DNA from: the human T2T-CHM13v2.0 reference genome, Homo sapiens
Strand: one strand, 5' to 3'
DNA: 64,000 nt
Assembly: GCF_009914755.1 (NCBI RefSeq)
Contig: NC_060927.1
Shown here: positions 16,710 to 39,739 of the stretch, one piece after another
How the letters are laid out: each line of letters starts with the position of its first letter
Numbering within the stretch: the stretch's first letter is position 1
Position numbers and translations under genes: made by a program
The notes under the pieces: generated by a model
The model's database searches: none
The model's input: only the letters and a program-made list of their open reading frames with translations
Told to the model about the DNA's origin: nothing

Positions 16710-16932
16710 GGCTAGGCGTGGTGGCTCATGCCTGTAATCCCAGCAGTTTGGGAGGCCAAGGTGGGCTGATCACCTGAGGTCAGGAATAGCCTGTAGTCCC
16801 AGCTACTCCAGAGGCTGAGGCATGAGAATCACTTCAACCTGGGATGGAGAGGTTGCAGTGAGTCCAGATGGTGCCACTGCACCCCAGCCTGGACTACAAA
16901 AGTAAAACTCTGTCATAAAAAAAAAAAAAAAG
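16710..16932 (+). mobile_element. Alu with central deletion
   Basis: Left arm joined to right arm without the A-rich linker. Confidence 0.88.
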
Positions 16933-17129
16933 GTTTATCCTTTATTGGAAAGAAATTTGCACTTTAAAAAGGAGAACTGTATTATTTTTAAGTTGTGGAT
17001 TCCAATTTCTGGTACTCAAATCTGCATTCACCTTAGCAACACAGAGGTATGTAAAAACTAGTCTGTAGTATCTGGTTGACCTCTGTTCTTCATTCATTGA
17101 GCAGTCTTTAAGAACCTACTATGTAGCGC

Positions 17130-17476
17130 GCACACAGACACACACACACACACACAGACACACACACACACACACATATTTTAGAGACACGGTCTCACTC
17201 TGTTGCCAAAGCTGGAGTACAGTGCACAATCATGGCACACTGCAGCCTCAACCTCTTGGGCTCAAGGGATCCTCCTGCCTCAGCCTCCCCAGTAGCTGAG
17301 ACTACAGGCACATGCTACTATACCTAGCTTTTTTTATTTTTTATTTTTATTTTTTTGTAGAGACATGGCTCTGCTATGTTGATCAGGCTGGTTTTGAACT
17401 CCTGACCTCAAGTGATCCTCCTACCTCAGCCTCCCCAAGTGCTGGGACTAGAGGTGTGAGCCACCACACCCAGCCA
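17130..17476 (-). mobile_element. AluJ preceded by (CA)n microsatellite
   Basis: Direct reading. Confidence 0.88.
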
Positions 17477-17640
17477 AGTAGCGTATACTCTGCTACAAAT
17501 ACACAAAGATAAAATATAGGTAATTGTTTTATCTTTGTGTAATTTGTCTTTTGAGAAGCCTACAACCTAGTAGAAAAGAAACCTACAACCTAGTAGAGAA
17601 GAAAATAACTGTGATTTTAGTTAGATAGTGCTGAATATCA

Positions 17641-17965
17641 GGCCAGGTGTGGTGGCTCACACCTATAAATCCTTTGGGAGGCCAAGTCAGGTGGACCCCT
17701 TGAGGTCAGGAGTTCGAGACCAGCCTGGCCAATATGGTGAAACCTTGTCTCTACTAAAAATACAAAAATTAGCTGGACTTGGTGGTGGGCGCCTGTAATC
17801 CCAGCTACTCAGGAGGCTGAGGCAGGAGATCGGGAGGCGGAGGTGCAGTGAGCTGACATCAGGCCACTGCACTCTAGCCTGGGCGACAGAACAAGACTCT
17901 GTCTCAAAAAAGCAAGCAAACAAACAAACAACAACAACAACAAAAAAAAAAACACAAAGAAAGAA
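17641..17965 (+). mobile_element. AluS inside an L2 remnant
   Basis: TSD agtgctgaatatc. Confidence 0.9.
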
Positions 17966-18134
17966 AGTGCTGAATATCTCCAACGGAGGAACCAGAAAGC
18001 TATAAGAGTTCAGAGGAGAGAATATTTTAGGCTGAAAGATATTGGGTAGATTTCCCAGGGAAAGAGTCATTAAAGCTGAACTTCGCAACATAAATGAGCT
18101 CTGCAAAGGTAGACAGTGTGTTTATGTGTGAATG

Positions 18135-18138
<4 letters not shown>

Positions 18139-18167
<29 letters not shown>
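18139..18167. repeat. (TG)n microsatellite
   Basis: Direct reading. Confidence 0.95.
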
Positions 18168-18171
<4 letters not shown>

Positions 18172-20476
18172 TGGGCAAAAGGCAATGTTGGTAATAAGGA
18201 ACATTGACGGTTGGGCTAAAAATTTCAAATTTTTGTTTACTAGAAAATAGAGTGAGTGTGGAATTTTGAGCTGAAAAATAACATAGCACTATCCTTTTGG
18301 AGGAGGCAGAAAAGGGAAACAGGGCCTGACTCTAGCATGTGCCTCTGAGGTACCCAAAATGGTGGCAGAGTGCAGAAGGCAGGGAGCCAGGGGTCCCAAG
18401 CAAGGCTGAGGGAGGGAGGTAAGCTGCCCAGCAACGGTAGATGTGTAGAAATGAAGGCTAAAACCTTCTTCAGCCTGGATGTCAAAGAGAAGAAAACTGC
18501 CACATGGCTCCCAGGCAGGGAGGCAGGAGGAGGCTGCTGCCAGAGTGCTACCTTCTCCCCATCCACAGATTTGTGCCACCTCTTGTGAGCACACCTGACA
18601 GATGGCAGGGTCATCTGGGTGGGGGTAAATGAAGGCGGTGATGGGGTGTAGCACACCCCAGGCCCTGGATGACATTGCAGCAGTCCTAGACCAGGCCTCC
18701 ATTTGGAGTGTTCCCAAGGCTGCCAAAATTTGAGGGCTCACAGAACCAACTCTTTTGTTGTTCAGCTATCACTGTCCCCTAATTATTCATGAATACTTCT
18801 GCATGGCAAGGCTATGGCTATGAGTTTTGTTTTTTTTTGTTTTTTTCCCCATGGAAATAAAAGCATAGCTCCAATTATCCAGGAGAAAGACAAATGCCAA
18901 CTCACCTGATGCAGCCAGGCCTTTGATTTCAAAAGGGTATCAGGAGTGTTGAATCCACAGTCTCACTTCTCAGTTTTTCAAGTGCAGAATTGGATGAGAG
19001 TAACTCAAAATTCCCCAGAGACTTAGACCCTGCCTGAGTTCCTATTTCTCTTACTGTGAAGGAAGGGCCCACCAATCCACCCCAGGCCCTCCTGCTGCTG
19101 ATCTTCATAAGGGATTTCTTCTGAGACAGAGAATTTTCAAACTGAAACAGACTTTAGAGGTCCTTTACTTCAATTGTCTTCAATATAAATGAGGAAATGA
19201 AGGTTCCTAAAAGATGAGTGGTTTGTCCAAAGTCATATGAACAGGGCAAATACAACAAGAATCTAGATCTCCTGGCTCCCTGTTCAGTGTTAACTAATAA
19301 TAGTTGTAGCTTCCCCCAAAAGTTCCTTATGAACTCTTTGAACTCATCTTGTTTTCTGGAACTTTCTCTAGAGGGGGTCTCACGGGTAGTAGACACCGGA
19401 GGATGCTGCTGCCCTTGTGGGGTTCAGGTATGAAGTGATCAGGTATGATGACATGGCCTAAATCTCTGAAAGGCTTAAAGGAAATGGAAAGACCTGGTAT
19501 TTAACAAGACCTGAAACAGGTGTCTTGCTTGTTCACAGAATCTTTCCAGAGAATACCATAATACATCCTGAAAGAGAAGAGAAAATCATAAAGTTTTAAG
19601 GAGATTAGATAGTTGAGATTAGCTTTTTGTGATCTTGCAATGTTTTCACTTATTTCCAAATCGTATAACGCCGAGTATGTTGAGCAATCTGGTGAAAATC
19701 ACATGCAAACAGAGTCTAAGTACTGATAAGAATCCTAAAGGTAAACAATGAATTCCTACTAATGGCTAAGTCACTAAGGTAAGATCCAGTCTAAATACAC
19801 ACCCTTGGTTAAATAGGGTTTCATTAGCTCAGGTTACAGTGGCTCGGGGAAATTTTTCCTTTATGCTTGTCAAGTGAAATTAATTATATATCATCCATCA
19901 ATCATTGCTGCCAAAGAAGTTATAGGTGAATACTAAAGAATCCACAGCAGCTCCCCCACTGGGCCCCCACCCCCACTCCCTACTCCTTTAGGAGCCCTCT
20001 GGGGCATATTTTGGTGCCTATAGGTAAAAGTTCCTGAGATTTTCTGGGAAGTCACAACTTACGTTTTTGGCTGATAACCTGTGAAAGTTTCCCTTTTCAA
20101 AACTTGACACTTGGTGTGTGCTTCAAGTTACTCACAAATATTTGACTTTGTAGAGTGTATCTCAGACTGCACAGCAAATTAGATTCTTGCAAGTTTCCAA
20201 TGTCAAATTTTTCATATAAGTAATGCAAATAATTCAAGAACATTTAAAAATAGACAATACTTTTTAAAATTATAATCCACGTCCTCACCATTCCATTAAA
20301 TGATTGTTTGAATTTTAATGTATTTCCTTCTATGTATTTAATATATTCCCTTCTATGTATTTTTCTTTTGTATTCACTCTTTTCTCATTATAAAAGCCAT
20401 GAATGTGTAGCATAGAAAATTCAGAAAGTATGGATAAGAAAAGAACATAAAAATCGGCCATTAACTAATTTATTGG

Positions 20477-21872
<1,396 letters not shown>

Positions 21873-22544
21873 AGCACACACTTAGTAAGCATATTTCTGG
21901 CCCAGGCTCTGGGTTAGGCATTAAAGATTCAAGCATATTTGCTTATTTTAAAAAGTAATTATTGAGTACCTAATATGAGTCAGACAGCGTTCAAGGTATT
22001 TGGGATAGAGCAGTGAACAAATGAGGTAAAAAATCTCTGCCCTTTTGAACCATAAGTTCTGGTGGAGATGAACAGGAGATGTATTATCCTTGCTGAGGTC
22101 AAAATTCAGCATTTTTAGGAAATGAGTGGCAGAATTTAATATCTATATTTAATACTTATCAACATCTACTCTGAACTCTTCTATCCTCAGAGATAAGCAC
22201 ACAACAGTGAGCAAGACATCAGCACCTAAACTCAAGTGGCTTATAGTCCAGGGCGCAGTGTTTCTAAGAAGTACCTGTGTGCCTGAAAAATTATCATCCC
22301 AAAATGGATATAGTGATACTTGTTCTGCTCACCCTATTGGATGAGTGTGAAATCAAATGAAATGAATCTGCAAGTGCTTTGAAAGCTTTAAAATGAGGAA
22401 CCTCATGAAAGAGTTAGTATTAGTGTCCTTAGCAGTGGAGAGACATGTACCACATCTGAAACAAGGAGCTAGAATGCTGGAGACTGATCACAAGGCCAGA
22501 AAGTCAACGAGACTGGTGTGGGTTTTCCCAACGAAGGAGACACT

Positions 22545-23262
<718 letters not shown>

Positions 23263-23264
23263 AA

Positions 23265-23983
<719 letters not shown>

Positions 23984-24164
23984 TGACCATAATTGATAAT
24001 TGATCATTTCCAGAATTAAAGTCATTTGGTAAATAAGGCCCTATGGTAATACAGTAATCATAATATTTTAGTAGCACTTTACACTTTACTGTATCATCCC
24101 ACTAATTCTCCTAACAGTTATATATTTTCAAAAATCTATGCTCCGATTCTCATCCTTTCCCTAG

Positions 24165-24450
24165 CTCAGTGGTTCTTAACCTTTGGTCAGTATCAAAATC
24201 ACCTGGGGAACTTGATACACTCACCAGAGCCCAGATCCTATCCTCTGTGCTCTTTATTAGCTCTCCAAGTCAATCTGATAACACACAAACATTTGTGAAT
24301 CAGTACTTTTAGTTTACAATCTGACAGTTTTCAGAGCTGAAAAACATCTTAGAAATCATCCTGCTGATGTCTTTACAAGAAAGTTGACAGAGGTTTGGAG
24401 ATGTTAAGTGGCTGCTCCAGGGTTGCAAAGCCAGCCAGGGCCTGAGCCAT
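24165..24450. mobile_element. MER5-family element followed by MIR
   Basis: cagtggttcttaac...aaaatcacctggggaactt; agaggtttggagatgttaagtggctg. Confidence 0.6.
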
Positions 24451-25300
24451 CATCACCCAAACATAGTTTTCGTACTGGATTGACCAAGGTGTCACTCCCT
24501 CCTTTCTGCTGTCTAGGGACCTCCAGGCGCATGAGTGTCCCTGCAGTGTTGGTGGCTCACAGCCACAGCTCTTGTTAGAAGCAAGTGTGATTTCCCAGAG
24601 AAAGCTGCTCTTGAGAGTTTCTAGCACTGCCTTACCTAACCACAAAAGTACTTACTCTGTCTGAGAACAATGTATTCTATGTAGTGGCCCCTGATGTAAG
24701 TTTTTAAAGCACTGTAAATTCTTCAGTTGAGGTGAAGAAATTTCCAAATTAATCTCTCCACATTAGGACATTATCACTTTCCATAGACAATCATTTCTGC
24801 ATGTATCTAGGACTTTCACTTCTTTAGCTTCCTACCTAAAACTAAACGCATTCATCGATTTTCTCTGACTTTTCTCAATCTGATGCCTGGATTTTGACTC
24901 ATATCCTCACAACCTGAGTCTACACATTATAAATGATACAGATACAGGATGGCACTTATTAATATACTGTTTCTGTTTTGTTTTTATTTTGTGTAGGGGG
25001 TAAAAGGAGTAGAAAATGATGTGTTTTCTTCTTCTGTGAAAATACCTGGTTGCTCTTATTAAACTTTTGGCCCCCTGGAGCCTCAGCAACAAGAATATTT
25101 CTGAAATGCCCACTATTCGTCCTCATCCTTCTAGAGTGAATTGATTGGTCTAGTTAATGTGACTCCTTAGTAAACTGGTTGATAATACCTGGTGCAGTGA
25201 GGGGGTGGAGGCATTTTTATCCACTCAAATTGGGATGGACTTGGTGCTACCTTGAGAGGGAAAGCTGGCAATACAGATTCAGATTAAAATGTAGGCATTC

Positions 25301-26896
<1,596 letters not shown>

Positions 26897-26948
26897 CTAG
26901 AATACTGTATGATACTATCTGAGAGTTAAAATGAGTGAAATCTACATA

Positions 26949-27570
26949 CAGTTGTCCCCCCTTATTTGACGTGGATATGTTCCAAGACCCCTAGTGGATG
27001 CCTGAAACCTTGGATAGTAGTGAACTCCATATACATTTTATTTTTTCCTACAGATTCATATCTACAATAAAGTTTAATTTATAAATTAGGCACAAGAGGA
27101 GATTAATAATAATAACTACTAATAAAATAGGACAAATAAGGCAGGGCGTGGTGGTTCATGCCTGTAATCCCAGCACTCTGGCAGGCCAAGGCAGGCAAGG
27201 TCAGGAGTTCAAGACCAGCCTGGCCAACATGGTGAAACCCTGTCTCTACCAAAAAATACAAAAGTTAGCCATGTGTGGTGTTGCATGCCTGTAGTCCCAG
27301 CTACTCAGGAGGCTGAGGCAGGAGAATCACTTGAACCCAGAAGGCGGAGGTTGCGGTGAGCCAAGATCATGCCACTGCACTCCAGCCTGGGTGACAAAGT
27401 GAGACTCTGTCTCCCTTCCCCCTCCAAAAAATAGAATAAATAATAATATACTGTAATAAAAGTTATGTGAATGTGTTCCTCTCTTTTCCTCTCTCACTCT
27501 GAAAATACCTTATTCTACCATATTTACCTGAAACCATTGAAAGCAAAACCGCAGTTAAGCGGGACTGCTG
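26949..27570. mobile_element. MER44A-like (TcMar-Tigger) MITE with Alu insertion (27140-27430)
   Basis: Ends cagttgtcccccttat...gttccaagacccctagtggatgcctgaaacc and taagcgggactgctg form TIRs; ~330 bp after removing the Alu. Confidence 0.8.
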
Positions 27571-29156
27571 GAGCTGGTGAGAAAAATGCAAAATAGCATG
27601 TGTTGTTTATTTGCTTATATGTGTGGATTAACGTTATCTGTTTATCCTCTTATCTAGGATCTAAAATTAGTCAGAACTAAGAAGTGATACATATACATAC
27701 TGCTAACAGTGGTTATCTTCGGAGGGTGGGGTCATAGATAACTTATTCTCTAGAATACGCTGCATTTTTTCATTGCATTACTTTTGTAATCAGGCAAAAT
27801 CAAAACAAAACTGTTAAGCATAAATTTTACTAAAAAGTGAGATATATGATTCTAAAGTCTACCTTGGTTTCAAATTCAATCAAACTCAGTTTGGCAATTC
27901 AGTTTCCTTACAGGTTCACGCCTGTAATCCCAGCACTTAGGAAGTTCAAGGCCAGCCTGGGCAACATACTCAGACTGTCTTTACAAAACAAAAAAAAAAT
28001 CCCATAGAGCTTTAATCTTTCTTCAGCATTTTGCAGATGACAATTTTAATACATTTTAGCACCTTGAATGTGGAGGAGGCCAAGACTGGGTGAAGTCGGC
28101 CTGGAGTAGCTGGAGTTAATTTAATGCAAATAAGATAGAGTGGTTTGAGGGAAATATTTTGAGCCAGAGATTTCTGGTTCCCTGGAAAAGTTAATATGAA
28201 TGAGAATGCAGATTTTTGGTGAAGAGGTGATAAAGGCCTTCATTATCTTCAATTAGTATTTACTGACAGTGAAAGGAGCCTGTGGCCTGGGGGCTGAATC
28301 GCCAACCTTTCAGCCCAGCCTCCAAGCCTTTCACCTTCCTGCCTACTCCGGGGTGAATTTGGCACATTTCTGTTGGATTGATTTGACTTTTGTCAAGTTC
28401 TGCCTCATTTGTGTTTAAACGTGTGTGCCTTACCTCCCTCACTAGACCATAAACTGGTGGAAAGCAGGAGTAATTGTTTAAATTCATGCAGCTATACCAT
28501 ATTACCAAGTACCTGGGGAAGTCACAGAATAGATGACTAATATTTAACTGGTTGTGTCACTTACTGTTCAGACGCCCTTTTATTTCTTCCCAAGTAAAGG
28601 ACAATTTCCTGGGATCTGGTTCCAAGTAACTTCCCAGTTGTATCTTGCCTTGTGACCCTAAATGCATCCAGTGTTTTGGAGAAATGTGACTGTGAGCTAG
28701 TCCCCAAATAGAGTCAGGATCCTCCCTCCTCCAAGTAAAGCCTGACCCATCATTGCTCACAGAATAAAATTCAAATTTTGGCATGGCATTGAAGCCCTGT
28801 CATTAATAACAAGGAAAATACTTATTCACATGCCTCCAGAACAAGTTCAAGTCTCAGCTCCCCTACCAGGAGCTCTGACCTTTGGTAAATTACTTACCCA
28901 GGAAATAAGAGTAGGAATAATGCATACCTCATAGGCTGTTAGTGAGTAATTTGCTTTGCATAGTTCCAGGGCAAGGGCTAAGTACTGGATATTGTCATTG
29001 TCATTTCTTTAACACCTTTATGGTAATTATCTGTACCCCTCACCCAAGGTACAATGTTTGTTTGCCATCCATGAACCAGCAGGATTGAAACTATTGACTG
29101 CAGAAGGGTGGGGAGAAAGGAAGAACATCCGGCAGTGAAGGAACCTTGAACTTCTT

Positions 29157-29507
<351 letters not shown>

Positions 29508-29951
29508 TAGGTTGGAATTAAAGAATAAAGGACTTCGGATACCTTGCTAAAGATTTTAAGTTTGTGGTATAGCCAATGAACTTAGAGGAGTAATGATATA
29601 TTTCACTTTTCCTCTTTTTATTTGTACAAATTTATGGGTTACCTGTGCAATTTTGTCACATGTATAGACTGCATACTTGTCAAGTAAGGGCTTTTAGGGT
29701 ATCCAAGTAATGATAAATTTTAAACAAGGTAATTTAGGTACATAATTGGCCAACCTCCCCAACCTATCGGTATTATTCTTCCAATATCTGATAATAATAA
29801 TAATGAGTATTATTGTTAATAGTTACCACATATTAAATACCAATTTTATTCCACCCAGTGTATTTGGTGCTTTACATTTTCATTTATTAACTCACTTATT
29901 CACCTGCTCATTCACCTTCTCATTTATTCATTCAATGAACATTTGCTGAGC

Positions 29952-30262
<311 letters not shown>

Positions 30263-30939
30263 TCATTCTAGTGGGGATTCCAACAATAGATAGGGAAGTA
30301 TGTACATATTGTGCCAAGCATTATGAAAGACAGAGCTTCACATGTGTTGTTTCATTAGCTATTGATATAATCAGTATCTGGCCCCAACTCACTTTTCCAT
30401 TTTCCTTTCCCATGACATACACACTCACATACTCACAAGCACCATGCCCTTCATCTCCACTGAACTACTTTCTGGATTTTTCTGTCTTTGTGCTTGTGCC
30501 CATACAGTTCCCTCTAACAAAATACGCTGCTATGTATTTGTGTTTTTTGAAGGCTCGAATATCTGTTATTACTCATTTCAAATACTACCTTCTCCAAGAG
30601 CCCTTTTTCAGCCTCCCTGTTGGGTCTAGTTTCTTCTTCCTCCATGCAGCAGGGATAGCCTTTGAACTTCACATCTAGCACTTACTTAACCTGTCTGAAT
30701 ATTTAAAATGATTATTTGTACATATCAGTTATCTGTCTTTCTCTTCCACCCTGTTGTCAGCTGTTTGCTTTCCACCTCTGTCACTAACATCTCTTGCCTG
30801 GATTGACACATCTGGTCTGGTATAGCCAGGCTTCCTCTTCTGTAATCTCTTTTCCAAACCAGGGACCCTCAATCTCCTTTCTACATTTTTCACTCCAGCT
30901 GATCCCACTCATGCGTCTGAGCACACAATTGAGAGGAGC

Positions 30940-31470
30940 TGCTGACAGTGATCTTATTGAAAGGCAAATCTGAGGATTTCACTGCCTTACTTAAAAACCT
31001 ACCAATGGTTTTTCACAGTGAAAATACAATCCAAACCCTGTGACATGGTGCACATGGCCTTTTGTAACCTAGACCTACTTAAACCTCCAACTTCATCTCC
31101 TACTTGCCCACCAGGCCCCAACTATACCCAACTACTTGCCAGTCAGGATCTCGCCAGCCTTCATCTAGCCTTGACACATGCAGCATCCCCTGCTGTAAAG
31201 ACTCATACCAATCTCCCAGATCTCAATTGAGATGGCACCCCCTTCAGGAAGCCATGCTTGATTTTTCGTTGGCCCCTTTAATACCTGATTGCTTACTCCT
31301 GGGCAAAGTGTTTTCATTCTTTATTATAATCACATGTTTAATGGTCTGTCTCTGCTGCTGGACTATAAACTCCATGAGGGAACCACCCCTGAAGTTGTTG
31401 TTCACTGCTGTATCCCCTACTGTCTAGTATCTGATGCACAGTAGAACCTGAATAAATATGTGTTGAATGA
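30940..31470 (+). mobile_element. L2 3' region
   Basis: gactataaactccatgaggg...ttgttcactgctgtatcccc...aataaatatgtgttgaatga terminus. Confidence 0.8.
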
Positions 31471-33050
<1,580 letters not shown>

Positions 33051-34217
33051 GAATGTAAGCATCTTAAAATATAAAATTGTTTTTCACGTAGTTCTTAGTG
33101 GAGGAATTATCATACAAATTATCAAAAATGTTTTCTTTGTCAACCTGGTCCTTGACAAAACTGTGACAAGGGGGAAATTCATCTTTGTATTATTTCAATT
33201 CCTCTTAAAATTAAACTCTTCTGCTCCTCCCCTCTATCCCTCCCACCTTACTCAGTACACCCTACCCCACCTCATGTGACTGATACCTTTAGCAATTTAA
33301 AAAAGTGTTTTATTTATTTAGTTCGTTAGTTTTAAAAACCTATATTTAACTCAAATCAAATCTTTTCTACAAATGATAACTCTTTCCAAAAAGTTAAAAA
33401 GATGTCACAGAACACTATGATGTTAAACCAAAGACTCATCACAATAACAGCATTTTACTTTTAAGAAATATTGTGCAGTATTTCCTTTTTAACCTTTCAT
33501 GCTAGATTTCAACTATGTATATCCTATGTAAACACACTAGATTAATCCTAGTCATTCATATTTATGCAGTAGACTGTCATATATGACCAGTTACCATACA
33601 AACTATAATACCATATTTTCAAAAATAGCAAAAGCAATCTTTACGGAAGCTTAAAAATCATTTAATAAAAGGCGACCAACATTGCCCTAATTTTCAGTAA
33701 AAATTACCTCTTTTTCCTACCTTTCCCCCTGCTTTGAATGGTACCTTTTATTGCATGTTAATACACAAAGATATTTCTAGCACTTCTACTTAAGTTAGCC
33801 TCTTACATGGCTGCCTTCTTTTCTGATACACTGACTTTTATCAGAAGGCACCAAGATTAGACTCCTAAGTAGTTTCAAATTTTCTGTCCCTTTTTAGGTT
33901 CCTCTAGAATAGTTTTCCTCAGAAAAGGATAACTTGAAAAACTTAAGGAACTAGAAGAAAATAAATGATGTAACACAGCAATTTGAAACTTACAGCATTC
34001 AAAAACTGTAAATATATTAATAGGCTCCTTGAACATACCACTAAGGACAAAAAGATAACTTTCTGAACATAAACGTAAAAATAGAGCACATTTATTAATA
34101 GTAGGAAAACTCCTATGCTTACAGTAACAACATATTAAATCTTACATAACACACAGCCAAAAGCATTAGAAATCCACTGCCAGATATCCTGATGCACCAT
34201 TGTGAAAGTATGTCTGA

Positions 34218-34645
<428 letters not shown>

Positions 34646-34851
34646 TACGGATATAAAGATAAAAAATAAAAACAAGATTCACCCTTCAAATAAAAAAGTC
34701 TCTCTCTCTCTATAAGCCATGATTAATACTCTTTATGCTCTTACAATGTAAAACATTTAGAAACTTCTGAATTCTAGAAATGTTCACCAGTTAACCTACT
34801 TGGCCTTAACATATTCTAAATTCCCTTTCAAGAATCACATTAATGTTTTCA

Positions 34852-36016
<1,165 letters not shown>

Positions 36017-36409
36017 TATTTGAATTAAATTTTCCTTTTTCATGAGAAGGCATATGAATGCAAAAATTAGCAATTTTTAGTAGTAGAGGAACATCTTCCC
36101 TCTGTGTCCACCTTTGTTTCAGTTCATGGGGTCTCCATGCAGCCACCAGGGAAACAGCCCTCATGACTAGAAACCCAGAGGTCTTCCTAGATGCTGCCTT
36201 CCTGTAAATCACCCACAGGTAATTACCAAATACTTCCATTCCTTCTCTAGTTCATTTTGGAATTCAGCCTTGCTCTTATCACCATCATCTCCAACTAGAG
36301 TCCTATTCACAGTCCTGGTCTTGGAAGTTCAGGTTGCCTTCTGCATATTATAGCCAGAGTAATTTTTTTCTAAACTATATTCTGTTCTCATGTACCTTCT
36401 GCTAATAAC

Positions 36410-36987
<578 letters not shown>

Positions 36988-37189
36988 CTGTTTATAATCT
37001 TTTAAAGGTTCCTTCAGGACAAATTCATGCTTCTTGGTACTCCAAGGACCTTCTCTCTCTGGCTCTAACCTGTTTAGCCTCATTTGCAGAAAACATTTCA
37101 CTTATTTCCCTATCTCTGGTCCCACTGGCACCTCTACTGGTATACACTTGTGCTATGGCTTCCTGAAAGGCAATACCATCTCTCTTTTT

Positions 37190-37850
37190 GTATATTCTGC
37201 TCCAACTGACTGGAATGTTCCTCCCTCTGATCTACCTTTGCTGCCTATCTCGTATTCATCCTCCACGTCTCAACTGAGATAGCACTTCCTCCATGCCCCC
37301 TTCAGGTTGGCTCAGGTACCTATGTGCTATGTGCTATGTGCTCATGTGCTCCCACCCCATGCTGAACATCTCTCATGCTGGCCATTCAGGTCCTTAGTTA
37401 CACTTTGAGTGTAATTGCCTCTTTACTTGCTGACTCATCCTGTAGAATATAAGTCCCCTCAGCGAGGGGATTGCATCGTGTACATTGCTGAATACCCTAT
37501 GCCTAGCACAGTTCTTGTTGCAATACAAGTTTGTGGATTTGAGTGAATGTATAAATAAATGACTGGGTATATTAGATGTTTTCCAGCAGTCTGTACATTT
37601 AAACCCAGATCATAACAACAATTTCCATCTGAGAAATTTATTTTGTGCCAGGCAGGCTTAAGAGGTTGTAGGTATTATAAATTTAATTCTTAACATCATC
37701 CTATGGAGTAGACATTGTTAGCACCATTTAATGGGGATGCTGAGATGCAGAGAAGTTAAGCCACTCGCCCTCATTCATAAAGCAAGTGAGGGGCAAACTT
37801 AGGATGGTAAGATTGTCTGATCTCAGATCTTGTGCCCTTAAACTAACAGC
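37190..37850. mobile_element. L2 3' end and MIR
   Basis: tagaatataagtcccc...tgcctagcacagttctt (L2); gatgctgagatgcagagaagttaag (MIR). Confidence 0.65.
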
Positions 37851-38109
37851 TGCTTTGGGATTCTGCCTCTGCTGTTTTCAGTTGGTCCTGATGCTAATGG
37901 AGGGCTCTGCTGAGTACAGTGGATCTGCACTTGGTCTGGTGGAGATGTCTATATTCTCTGGTGGAGATGTCTATATTCTTCAGAAAACAAGAGTAGGTGC
38001 TTATCACTTTCTTTGTCAGAGTAGGGCCAGTCAAGAAGGGATCATAGAAGTACTTTTGCCCAGTGGGCCAGAATAAATATTTAGAATATCCAGTTTTATA
38101 TGTAATGTT

Positions 38110-38875
38110 TAACTTTTTATTTTGAAATAATTTTAACTTAGTTGCAAGAATCGTAGAAAGAATTCCTATATACCCGTCAACCAGCTTCACCAATTGTTAA
38201 CATTTTGCCCAATTTGTTTTACTTCTTTCTCAAAAAAAAAAAAAAAAAAAAAAAAGTGTGGCCAGGCATGGTGGCTCACGCCTGTCATCCCAGCACTTTG
38301 GGAGGCTGAGGTGGGCAGATCACCTGAGGTCGGGAGTTTGAGACCAGCCTGACCAACGTGGAGAAACCCCATCTCTACTAAAAATACAAAATTAGCCGGG
38401 CAGGGTGGCACATGCCTTTAATCCCAGCAACTCAGGAGGCTGAGGCAGGAGAATCACTTGAACCCATGAGGCAGAGGTTGCGGTGAGCCGAGATCGTACC
38501 TGGGCTCCTATAGCAAAACTGCGTCTAAAAAAAAAATTTGTTTTCTTTTTTGAACCGTTTAGGTTCCAGTCATCTTCCCTCTTTACCCCTAAGTACTTCA
38601 GCATGTATCTCCTAAGAACAAGGGCATTTTCTTCCATAATCACAGCAGTTATTAAATTCAGAAAATTTAACATTTATTAAATACTATTACTGATATTCGA
38701 GTTTCACAAAGTACCTCAACAATGTTCTTAGGCCAGGCAGGGTGGCTCATGCCTGTAATGCCAGCATTTGGGGAGGCTAACTCAGGATAGATGACTTGAT
38801 CCTAGGAGTTCAAGACCCGCCTGGGCAACATAGTGAGACCTTGTCTCTACTAAAAAAAATTTAAAAAAGAAAAAA
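38110..38875. mobile_element. L1MC5-like fragment (-) with AluSp + (38260-38535) and FLAM + (38730-38875)
   Basis: cttctttacccctaagtacttcagcatgtatctcctaagaacaagggcatt-type L1MC 3' sequence. Confidence 0.75.
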
Positions 38876-39739
38876 TATATATAATGTCACTTATAGAATT
38901 TTCCCCCAACACAGAATCTAGTCTAGTGCATTTGTTATTTGTCTTTTTTTTTTAAAGCTCCCCCTCAGTGTTTTTCTGAACTCTTTTGAGCACGTGCCCT
39001 TAATCAAGTTCAGAGATGGCTGTGTTTGTTATGATCTAGTGTGTTTGGCCGGAGTTAGATACTGAGACCCCAGGTTTGCCCCGCTTTTGGCTTTGAAAAG
39101 TTCCTGAGGCCTCAGTTTTTTGTTTTTTTTTTTTACCTGCTAACAGGGAAATGGGAGAATTGGACTTAAGCATGTCCAAAAATCCTCTCACAGCCCTCAA
39201 GTGACCACAATAAATAAATAAACAACAACAAAAAATTTTGTGAAGCTTTCTTAAAAAAAAAAAAAGTGGAAAAAAAGCCTGCCTCCTTCAGAATCTGTCA
39301 GTTCTGAAAGCCTGCTAAATGATTTTATTTTCCGGATGTCTTACCTCTCTGATGTTGTCTTTTCTTCTGCCATTATCTTTTGCAAATGCTTGGCTGACAG
39401 TCTTTTCATCTTAGAAGTATTTTGAACATAATATGATGTTTATTTAATGTCTCATGTGCTTCAGGAGATAATGACCAGAAGAAGGAACTGTTTACCCATT
39501 TTTTGAGCACTATGGTTTATTCAGCTCCAGACTTTCCAGAGAGCCTGTATTAATTTGTCTTTATTTTGTCAGTTTGAAGTTAGATTAGCACTTGTGAGTT
39601 TTAATCTTTCTTTTCTGAAATCTGTTGTGAATTTTTTTCCCAGATTCCTTGGCATTGACACTTCATGTTCATGAGTTTCGTAACCCAGATGCAAACATTT
39701 TGCTGGAAAATCCATAAGGTGGCTGCAAAGTGGTAAAAA

